From assembly GCA_014384375.1 (NCBI GenBank), contig JACNFY010000020.1, positions 65,222 through 129,221 of the forward strand: a DNA stretch of 64,000 bases, read 5' to 3'. Shown piece after piece: positions 43,033-50,400 of this stretch. The DNA comes from Nanobdellati archaeon. GTDB taxonomy: Archaea; Nanobdellota; Nanobdellia; Woesearchaeales; GCA-2686295. The notes under the pieces were generated by a model. It was not told the origin of the DNA. It made no database searches and was given only the letters and a program-made list of their open reading frames with translations. Position 1 is the first letter of the stretch. Each line of letters begins with the position of its first letter. Made by a program: the position numbers and the translations under genes.

Positions 43033-44245
43033 AGTTCTCTTAGTTTCTGAATATTTTCCTCCAAAAACTTTTGGTGGAGGTGAGATAAGCGCTTATCATT
43101 TGGCGAAATCACTTGCAGAAGAAGGAGTTAGTGTTTTTGTATTGACTTCTTATTTTAAAGGTTTGAAAAGATTTGGAGAAAAGGATGGTATAAAAATCTT
43201 AAGAACACTCAAAACAGGCAATAACCCTAACTCTATAACCGAGAATTTGAAAAGAAAACTTTACTTTCAAAAATCATTGAAGAAAGATATCTTCAAAATT
43301 GATAATAAAGAAAATTTTGATGTTATACACTTCCTAAACACTACATCAATCCCGAGTTTCAAGATTAAGAAAAAAACAATTGCAACCATTAATGGTTATA
43401 CAAATTTTTGTCCTAAAAGAAACCTTTTCTATAAAGAAAGAGAAGTGTGCTCTGGATGTAATTTTCCAAAGTTCTTAGGATGTATTGTTAACTCAGAAAA
43501 TGTTGGCAAGATAAAAATATCAAGTTACTTAAGGTTTAATCCTTTATTCTGGCTTCTCCTGTATTTTAACTATCTAAAAAAAAATAAAACGTTGAAGCAT
43601 ATTGATAAGTTTATCTCGATATCTGACTTTATCACCAAACAGCTTGAAAAAAATGGTGTTAAGAGAAAAAACATAGAGAAAATCTACAATATCCAAAACA
43701 TAAAAGAGTCAGGGGAAAAATTTGACATAAAAGAAAAAGGAGTTATCGTAACATACATAGGCGCTCTGGAAAAACTTAAAGGGGTGGATATATTAATAAA
43801 AGCATTCAACAAAATTCATGGTGATGCTAAGCTTCTTATATTTGGGGAGGGGTCCCAAATAGAATACTTGGAATCAATCGCTAACAAGAATGTTAGGTTT
43901 TATGGAAGTATTGATTACAGTTATATACCGTCTATCTATACACAGTCAGACATAATAGTCCAGCCAGCCTTGTGGCCTGAACCTTTCTCCAGAATAATGC
44001 TAGAAGCGACCTATTTTGGAAAACCGATAATTGCTACTGATAATGGAGGTAATTCTGAGGGAGTTATTGATGAAAAGAATGGTTTTCTTATCAATAATGA
44101 AGAACAGCTAAAACAAAAACTAGAGAAGCTCATTAAACACAAAACACTAAGAGAAAAAATGGCTTTGGAGAGCAAAAGGTTGTTTAAGGAAAAATTTTCA
44201 AAAAAAGTTATACTAAGCAAATACAAAAAAATTCTAAATTATTAA
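43019..44245 (+). CDS. GT4 (GT-B, Glycos_transf_1) glycosyltransferase
   Basis: 408 aa. EPFSRIMLEATYFGKPIIATDNGGNSEGV (E-x7-E region). Confidence 0.8.
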   Translation: MKKLKVLLVSEYFPPKTFGGGEISAYHLAKSLAEEGVSVFVLTSYFKGLKRFGEKDGIKILRTLKTGNNPNSITENLKRKLYFQKSLKKDIFKIDNKENFDVIHFLNTTSIPSFKIKKKTIATINGYTNFCPKRNLFYKEREVCSGCNFPKFLGCIVNSENVGKIKISSYLRFNPLFWLLLYFNYLKKNKTLKHIDKFISISDFITKQLEKNGVKRKNIEKIYNIQNIKESGEKFDIKEKGVIVTYIGALEKLKGVDILIKAFNKIHGDAKLLIFGEGSQIEYLESIANKNVRFYGSIDYSYIPSIYTQSDIIVQPALWPEPFSRIMLEATYFGKPIIATDNGGNSEGVIDEKNGFLINNEEQLKQKLEKLIKHKTLREKMALESKRLFKEKFSKKVILSKYKKILNY

Positions 44246-44937
44246 TCCTTGAAAGTCTTTCTTGCTTTTTTAATATCATCTGGAAAATCAATATCTACAA
44301 ATCGTTTGTTTTTGATATCATGAGCAGTGACTTTTTGCCCACTCATAATCAGATTATCAATAACATCTATGAAGCTAGTCTTAATATCTTTCTTTGCAAT
44401 CTTATCAAGCATAGTCATAAGTTTTTGCATACCTTCTTTTGAAAACTTTGCAATACCTATGAATTCACCATTTTCCCCTTTTATATCCTCTTTTGTTATT
44501 CTCTCAACTAAACCATTTTTCTCGATCACCTTTTCAGCTTCCTCTCTTAAATCATTCTTCTTTACTGCCAAACAAACATCTCCTTTTTGCTTCACTAAAT
44601 CGCTGATAATATTTGAATCAAATAAAACATCTGAATAGAGGAATATAAATCCTTCTTTCAATTCTTCTTTAGCTATCCACAATGTCAGAGCCATACCTGA
44701 CACATTATAGAACGGGTTGAATATGGTTTTAATCTTTTTTTTTTGACAGAATTTCTCGACTTTGTTTGCACAGAAACCAGTTATTACAGAAACATCTTGA
44801 ATTGAAGCGTTTCTTAATAATTTAATCTGATACTCGAGAATTGTTTGTTTATTTACCTCTAAGAGACATTGTGGTGTATTCTTTGTTAAAGGAAGCAGTC
44901 TTGTAGCTTTGCCTGCTGCTAATATAATTGCTTTCAT
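44242..44937 (-). CDS. LicC/COG1213-like nucleotidyltransferase (phospho-alcohol or phosphonate cytidylyltransferase candidate)
   Basis: 231 aa. MKAIILAAGKATRLLPLTKNTPQCLL, NPFYNVSGMALTLW, LYSDVLF. Own TATA (AAATTTATAAAC) about 28 nt upstream. Confidence 0.65.
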   Translation of the reverse strand: MKAIILAAGKATRLLPLTKNTPQCLLEVNKQTILEYQIKLLRNASIQDVSVITGFCANKVEKFCQKKKIKTIFNPFYNVSGMALTLWIAKEELKEGFIFLYSDVLFDSNIISDLVKQKGDVCLAVKKNDLREEAEKVIEKNGLVERITKEDIKGENGEFIGIAKFSKEGMQKLMTMLDKIAKKDIKTSFIDVIDNLIMSGQKVTAHDIKNKRFVDIDFPDDIKKARKTFKD

Positions 44938-44988
44938 ATTAAATAGTTGGTTTTATTGTTTATAAATTTGTTGTTTGAATAAAAATAA

Positions 44989-45738
44989 TTATTTCATTAA
45001 ACTCTCTATTGTTCCTTCAATCACGAGCGCTCTTGGCATAATCATATTAGCTACGTTAGCAAATGTTGGGTTATTGTAACCTCTTTTTGGATCAGAATAT
45101 CTTTTTTGTATATCTAATAATCTTTCTTCAATAGATACTCTTTTTCCATTGACATTAGTTAAATCTGCATATAATGCTATCTGTTGATTTAATGTTAAAG
45201 GCAAAGCCAACTCATTTATTGATAGAGGAATGTTGGTATCTGATAGCTCTGTTCTTAAGTATTCTATTCTTTCTTTAAATGAATCTATCATGTCAGGATA
45301 TAAGGTTTGTTCTGGAAAATTCAATCCTCCCAATTCTTCAAAAAGCCCATGGTCTGACAGTATAAGAGAGGCTATTTTCTTTAATGTTTCTTTACGTTCT
45401 GATTTTGTTCCTTCACTTACTAAACCAAGCTCAGTATCTCCTGCTGTTAACACTAAATAAGCAGTTCCAATTTCATGAAACTTGCTTCCTTCATAGATCT
45501 TTGAGAAATCGTGCACATAGCCCTCTACTCTGATAATCTCAGGGTCTATTTGCTCTTTTAGGGATGGGTGTTTTTTTATTATTTCTTTTGATATATCCCA
45601 ACCTATTCTGCCAGAATCAATTAAATGCTGAGAGAATCCTTCTCCTTCTATAATGTAACCTTTATCTCTATTATTTTTAACTTCTGATTCAATAAGTGCC
45701 TTTGCATCACTTTCTGCTATTAATTTAATTTCTCTCAT
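44989..45738 (-). CDS. HD-domain metal-dependent phosphohydrolase-like protein
   Basis: 249 aa. H...HD pattern (FSQHL ... GYVHDFSK). Own TATA about 28 nt upstream. Substrate unknown. Confidence 0.45.
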   Translation of the reverse strand: MREIKLIAESDAKALIESEVKNNRDKGYIIEGEGFSQHLIDSGRIGWDISKEIIKKHPSLKEQIDPEIIRVEGYVHDFSKIYEGSKFHEIGTAYLVLTAGDTELGLVSEGTKSERKETLKKIASLILSDHGLFEELGGLNFPEQTLYPDMIDSFKERIEYLRTELSDTNIPLSINELALPLTLNQQIALYADLTNVNGKRVSIEERLLDIQKRYSDPKRGYNNPTFANVANMIMPRALVIEGTIESLMK

Positions 45739-45808
45739 AGTATTCAGACATAGTAATAAGTATTTAAAACTTTTGATTTAGTTACTACTTTATAGTAATT
45801 ATTTTTGT

Positions 45809-46663
45809 TCATAGTTCTGTTTTGAGTATTTTTTTTCTTACGTAAGCACTAGAACGATCAATCAACATCACTCCAACTATCATTATTATGAGTATTGTTA
45901 AAACCTCTTTATTGCGGAATAATCTCATACTGGTTAATAGTTCCATACCAATACCTCCAGCACCAACCAAACCAAGAACAGTTGCTGCTCTGAAATTATT
46001 CTCTAAGTAATATAGCATATAGTTAATAAATAAAGGTTTTACTTGTGGTAAAATTCCTCTTACAATCACTTGAACTTTATTAGCACCTGTTGAAATAATT
46101 GCTTTTATTATTTCAGGATCTACTGTTTCAATAGACTCTGAAAAATATCTTCCAAGCGCTCCAATAACATGTACTGTTAAGGCTAACACTCCTGGAAAAG
46201 GTCCAAGTCCAACCATTGAAACAAATATCAGCCCCCATACTATTTCGTTTATTCCTCTGCAAATATCAAAAATTGTTCTTACACTATGATAAACTAATTT
46301 GTTGTGCATTACATTACGTGCTGCAAGAAAAGACAATGGAAGAGCTATTAAAGCTCCTAAAGTCGAACCAACAATTGCCATCTGTAAAGTTTCCAATGCT
46401 TTCAAAAGAAAGGTTCCCAAATTGCTTATATCTGGTGGGAACATTCGACGTACAAAATCAATCATGAAGGGAACTCCTTCTGCAAACTTAACAGGACTGG
46501 TATTTGTTCCGGTCAAAGCCCAGTAATAGATTATAACTATAAGTATACCTATAAAAAATCCTTTGTATCTTTTCATGAATAGTTTCTTAGTTCTGATTTC
46601 CTTAATTTTAGAATCCTGCTTTTCCATAAAGATACCAATCTTTTGTTTTTCCATAAATGTCAA
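45809..46663 (-). CDS. phnE: phosphonate ABC transporter permease
   Basis: 284 aa, six TM helices, PhnE-like blocks (LKALETLQMAIVGSTLGALIALPLSFLAARN). Start uncertain: in-frame Met codons at 46663, 46654, 46627 and 46576. Confidence 0.8.
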   Translation of the reverse strand: MTFMEKQKIGIFMEKQDSKIKEIRTKKLFMKRYKGFFIGILIVIIYYWALTGTNTSPVKFAEGVPFMIDFVRRMFPPDISNLGTFLLKALETLQMAIVGSTLGALIALPLSFLAARNVMHNKLVYHSVRTIFDICRGINEIVWGLIFVSMVGLGPFPGVLALTVHVIGALGRYFSESIETVDPEIIKAIISTGANKVQVIVRGILPQVKPLFINYMLYYLENNFRAATVLGLVGAGGIGMELLTSMRLFRNKEVLTILIIMIVGVMLIDRSSAYVRKKILKTEL

Positions 46664-47381
46664 CTATGTCTTTTTCTGTAAGATTTTCAGGTTTATCATC
46701 AAAAACAATTTTTCCATCTCTCATTCCAATTATTCTTGATCCATACTTTTTGGCGAAATTTAAAAAATGAAGACTTGTTACAAGAGTTATTCCCTTTTCA
46801 ACACAAATATTTTTTAACAGGTCCATAATTTCTTTCATTAGCTTTGGATCCAAATTAGACACGGGTTCATCAGCAAGTATAACACTTGGTTGTTGTGATA
46901 ACACTCTTGCTATAGCAACTCTTTGTTTTTGTCCTCCGCTTAAATTCATTGTATGTTCATACATATATTCATGCAAACCGACTCTACTAATGCACTCTTT
47001 TGCGATATCATGATCTTCTTTTGAGAATTTTCCAAAGATTGTTTTCCAATGATTGTTATAACTAAGACGACCATTCAAAACATTATGAAAAACTGTTTCT
47101 CTCTCAAGAATATTAAAATTTTGAAAAATCATACCTATGTTTGCCCTTATTTTCTCAGCTTTTTTTTGGTGGCAATTAGAAATATTTTGATTATCAATAA
47201 GAACACTTCCAGAAGTGGATTCTATTAATCTATTTATGCATTTGAGTAAAGTTGATTTTCCAGAACCACTAGAACCAATGATAACTACATTCTCTCCTTT
47301 CTTTATGTGAAGATTGATATTTTTAACAGCATTCTCAGTTCTATTTTTATAAATGTGATTCAGTTTTTTTATCTTTATCAT
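46608..47381 (-). CDS. phnC: phosphonate ABC transporter ATP-binding protein
   Basis: 257 aa. Walker A GSSGSGKST, signature LSGGQKQR, ILADEPVSNLDP. The PhnC-like C-terminus binds no extra domain. Confidence 0.85.
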   Translation of the reverse strand: MIKIKKLNHIYKNRTENAVKNINLHIKKGENVVIIGSSGSGKSTLLKCINRLIESTSGSVLIDNQNISNCHQKKAEKIRANIGMIFQNFNILERETVFHNVLNGRLSYNNHWKTIFGKFSKEDHDIAKECISRVGLHEYMYEHTMNLSGGQKQRVAIARVLSQQPSVILADEPVSNLDPKLMKEIMDLLKNICVEKGITLVTSLHFLNFAKKYGSRIIGMRDGKIVFDDKPENLTEKDIVDIYGKTKDWYLYGKAGF

Positions 47382-47411
47382 TTTTCTTATTATAATAAAA
47401 AAATAAAAAAA

Positions 47412-48323
47412 TTATTTGTTAGCTGCCTCTGCAGTGCTAACATCCATTCCAAGAATCTCTGCTGTATCCCTGATAACATCATAATCGCTATCAGATACTT
47501 TTTGATACTTGGAAATTCCTCCCCATCCATCAACTTGATGAATAGTTTGCTGATCCATGTTAAGTAAAGCATCCTGTATGGCTTTCTTAAGCTCTTCTGG
47601 TAGATTACCTCTAACAACAATCGGGGAACCAGGTATTGGCTCCGATTCATAGATAATGATGTTAGCTTCAGGGTCAATTTCTCCAGCATCTATCATTCTT
47701 TGGTATACATTATCACCAGTTGCCCCTGCATCCACTTTACCATTAGCAATAGCATACATGACCGCATTATGGGTTCCGGCATAGTAGCTTGTGCTGAAGT
47801 CATTGTCAGGATCTATACCATTCTCTATCAATATCTTTCTTGGTATCAAATTGCCTGATGTTGAAGCAGGATCTACAAATGCGAAGGTTTTCCCTTTTAA
47901 ATCTTCTAGGGTTTCAATACCAGAGTCAACATTCGTAACTATAACAGACTTATAGGTTGCGCTTCCTGTGCTTTCCTTAACACCATTAACAATCGCTTCT
48001 GCACCTGCAACATTTGATGCAATAACATATGAAAATGGTCCGAACCAAGCCATATCAATATGTTCTGATCTCATTGCTTCAATAGCAGCAGTGTAGTCGC
48101 TTGTAACCAATATCTCAACAGGTATACCTAACGCTGCAGATAGATATTCTTTCACAGGTTCATAAGCTCTTATCATTTCCTGCGAATCATCAGCAGGAAT
48201 AAGACCCATCTTCAAAACAGAGAATTCTTCTTCTCCATATGTCTTTGTTTCTTCTACTTCTGACTGACATCCAGCTAAAACAACTATGAACATCAGAAGA
48301 AGTCCTAAAATTATTTTCTTCAT
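47412..48323 (-). CDS. phnD: phosphonate/phosphite-family ABC substrate-binding lipoprotein
   Basis: 303 aa. Lipobox LAGC, and PhnD-type blocks (DMAWFGPFSYV, FVDPASTSGNLIP, YAGTHNAV). ATGA overlap with the upstream nucleotidyltransferase gene. Confidence 0.8.
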   Translation of the reverse strand: MKKIILGLLLMFIVVLAGCQSEVEETKTYGEEEFSVLKMGLIPADDSQEMIRAYEPVKEYLSAALGIPVEILVTSDYTAAIEAMRSEHIDMAWFGPFSYVIASNVAGAEAIVNGVKESTGSATYKSVIVTNVDSGIETLEDLKGKTFAFVDPASTSGNLIPRKILIENGIDPDNDFSTSYYAGTHNAVMYAIANGKVDAGATGDNVYQRMIDAGEIDPEANIIIYESEPIPGSPIVVRGNLPEELKKAIQDALLNMDQQTIHQVDGWGGISKYQKVSDSDYDVIRDTAEILGMDVSTAEAANK

Positions 48324-49123
48324 TCATCAACACCTCCAATATCAGATGGTATTTCTCCACCTATTTTTTTAAAGTCTTGAACAGTATCAAATTCTTTCCA
48401 CCCTTTCTGGATTAAAACACTATGAATCTCTTCTCCTTTATCGATCATCTCCTGGAAAATATCAGTTATGTATGATTTTTGCCACTCATTTGTATTCTGA
48501 TAGGTATCTATCATTTTCAAGATTGAATTTAATCTGTCAAAATGCTTTAGAAATATTCTTATTCCTTCAGGCGTAAATTTCCATAAACCAATGAATTCTC
48601 CTTGCTTATTCTTGGGAGTGTTGTTTGTGAATATATGTTTGCCAATTTTGAGCATCTTATTGTTTGTGTCTGTTATAACGTTCTCTGCTTCTTCAATAGG
48701 GTGATCTGTTCTTCCTTCATAGTATTCTTGCCAATCAGTATCCACTATAGCTGCTATTGTTTTTTTAGAATTGATAAGCTTCTTTATCACCCAATCTTCA
48801 TATAGTATATCAGAATAGCTTATTACAATATCCTCATTTTCTTTCTCTGCTTTTTCAAGATGTTTTCGCGCAAACATCAACGAGTGAAGTATATTGTTAT
48901 CTGTGTAAGCAGTATTTTCATAATAGGTTATATCTGGAAAATTAATCTTTTCTTTTGCGTAACCCCTTACAATTGCAATATCATCTACATCATTATTTTC
49001 GAATACTTGAAGAATGTTCTCCATTATAGACTTGTCGCCTATCTTTAGCATACACTTCGGTAGATTATTAGTTATCGGTCTTAACCTACTACATATCCCT
49101 GCAGCTATCACTATTCCTTTCAT
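48320..49123 (-). CDS. LicC/COG1213-like nucleotidyltransferase
   Basis: 267 aa. MKGIVIAAGICSRLRPITNNLPKCML, YYENTAYTDNNILHSL, ISYSDILY. ATGA overlaps at both ends. Confidence 0.65.
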   Translation of the reverse strand: MKGIVIAAGICSRLRPITNNLPKCMLKIGDKSIMENILQVFENNDVDDIAIVRGYAKEKINFPDITYYENTAYTDNNILHSLMFARKHLEKAEKENEDIVISYSDILYEDWVIKKLINSKKTIAAIVDTDWQEYYEGRTDHPIEEAENVITDTNNKMLKIGKHIFTNNTPKNKQGEFIGLWKFTPEGIRIFLKHFDRLNSILKMIDTYQNTNEWQKSYITDIFQEMIDKGEEIHSVLIQKGWKEFDTVQDFKKIGGEIPSDIGGVDE

Positions 49124-49659
49124 TTTGTTTCTCTGCTTATACCTAATATTTTTTTCAAAATATTCTCTCTTGATAATCTCTCGTAGAATGGAGGCTGTAT
49201 AACCTCTCCTCCAATTTTTTTTATATACTCACTTCCAGGAATTTTCTTCCAATCAGTTCCATGTATTAGAATAAGCTTTGCATTTGGGAATTGTTCATGA
49301 ATCTTTTTCAGATTATCTACTGAATCTTTGCTGTCTTGTGTCATAACCATATCAACACACCTAAGAGAAGATATGATTGCTGTCCTTTCCTTTAAGTTGG
49401 CAACGGGTGCTCCTTTGTATGATTTTATAACTTCATCTTTTAGAACGCCACATATATGAAAATCTCCTAATTTGTTTGCATGTTCTAACAATCTAAGCTG
49501 ACCATAGTTAAATAAGTCTGCTGTTGTAAAAGAATAAACAATTTTTTTTATTTTTTCTTTCTCTATACTCACGATATCCCCTTCTTTTATCCCAGAATTC
49601 TTGGGGATAGTAACACAGAGTTGACCATTTGATTTATTTAACCACACAATCTTTTTCAT
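49120..49659 (-). CDS. AbrB/SpoVT-like DNA-binding domain fused to a degenerate cytidylyltransferase-like domain (putative regulator)
   Basis: 179 aa. N-terminus SNGQLCVTIPKNSGIKEGDIVSIEKE is AbrB-like. The remainder is TagD-like, but HxGH is replaced by NYGQ (FTTADLFNYGQLRLLEHANKLGD). Confidence 0.5.
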   Translation of the reverse strand: MKKIVWLNKSNGQLCVTIPKNSGIKEGDIVSIEKEKIKKIVYSFTTADLFNYGQLRLLEHANKLGDFHICGVLKDEVIKSYKGAPVANLKERTAIISSLRCVDMVMTQDSKDSVDNLKKIHEQFPNAKLILIHGTDWKKIPGSEYIKKIGGEVIQPPFYERLSRENILKKILGISRETK

Positions 49660-49660
49660 T

Positions 49661-49679
49661 CTACTAGTATTACTAGTAG
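49661..49679. promoter_or_regulatory. perfect 19-bp palindrome CTACTAGTATTACTAGTAG (two TACTAGTA units), putative operator
   Basis: Read directly from the sequence. Lies between the TATA-like box (49681..49692) and ATG 49659, over the expected transcription start. Confidence 0.55.
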
Positions 49680-49680
49680 G

Positions 49681-49692
49681 ATATTTATAAAG
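49681..49692 (-). promoter_or_regulatory. TATA box (CTTTATAAATAT on the minus strand) for the regulator-NTase-phnDCE operon
   Basis: The centre lies about 27 nt upstream of ATG 49659, the same spacing as other first-gene promoters in this window. Confidence 0.45.
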
Positions 49693-49780
49693 TTTTCTAT
49701 TTAAATCCTAAAAAACTACAAGAGTGCAAAGATTTAAATATGTTCAATCAGTCTGCTTTGAAGAACATAAGAGATTCAAA

Positions 49781-50395
49781 ATGAACAAAAAAATAAAGGT
49801 TTTTTTGAAAAATCCTCTCTTAGGAATACCATATGCTTGGGATGTTTTTATGATAGTTCTAAATAGGGGGTTATATTTTTGCTCAATCAAAACTGGTCGA
49901 AGAACAAAGATGCAAACTCATTTCAGATGCTATAATTACGGAAAGAAAAAACAAGTCAAAATTGGTTATCATTGTAAATTAAATTGTCTTATTCTTTGCG
50001 AAGAGAATGGAAGGGTAGAATTAGGAAATCATGTGTCAATAGGTAAAAACACATTGATTGAATGCACAAACAACATAAAAATCGGCTCATGCACCAGGAT
50101 ATCACAAAATGTTGTTATTAGAGACAATAACTCTCATCCAATACAAATATCAAAAAGAAAAAAACAATCATTGAAAGGGATTGCAGATATTAACGAGTCT
50201 GATAGTAAACCAGTAATTATAGAAGATGATGTTTGGATAGGATGGGGAGCAACCATCACTAAAGGTGTTAGAATAGGAAGAGGATCTATTGTTGCAGAAA
50301 GAGCTCTTGTGACAAAGGACGTGCCTGAATATTGTATTGTTGGTGGTGTTCCTGCAAACGTTATCAGGAAATTAAGTGAAAACGAAAGAAAGTAG
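49781..50395 (+). CDS. hexapeptide-repeat (LbH) O-acetyltransferase
   Basis: Track ORF starts at GTG 49724; ATG 49781 (MNKKIKVF...) is more likely. C-terminal hexapeptide turns (IGWGATITKGVRIGRGSIVAERALV...VGGVPANVI). Confidence 0.7.
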   Translation: MNKKIKVFLKNPLLGIPYAWDVFMIVLNRGLYFCSIKTGRRTKMQTHFRCYNYGKKKQVKIGYHCKLNCLILCEENGRVELGNHVSIGKNTLIECTNNIKIGSCTRISQNVVIRDNNSHPIQISKRKKQSLKGIADINESDSKPVIIEDDVWIGWGATITKGVRIGRGSIVAERALVTKDVPEYCIVGGVPANVIRKLSENERK

Positions 50396-50400
50396 ATATC

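Noticed and set aside
44989-45738. PhnZ (HD-domain phosphonate oxygenase) identity for the HD protein next to phnE.
   Set aside because: No PhnY-type Fe/2OG partner gene is in the window. The protein is longer than the PhnZ I recall. Only a single H...HD pattern could be read, which is insufficient.
46620-46657. An 11-bp direct repeat TTTTCCATAAA, present twice 27 nt apart, at the phnC/phnE junction.
   Set aside because: It falls within the phnC coding frame and simply encodes a repeated YGK tripeptide near the C-terminus. It is short enough to be chance in AT-rich DNA.
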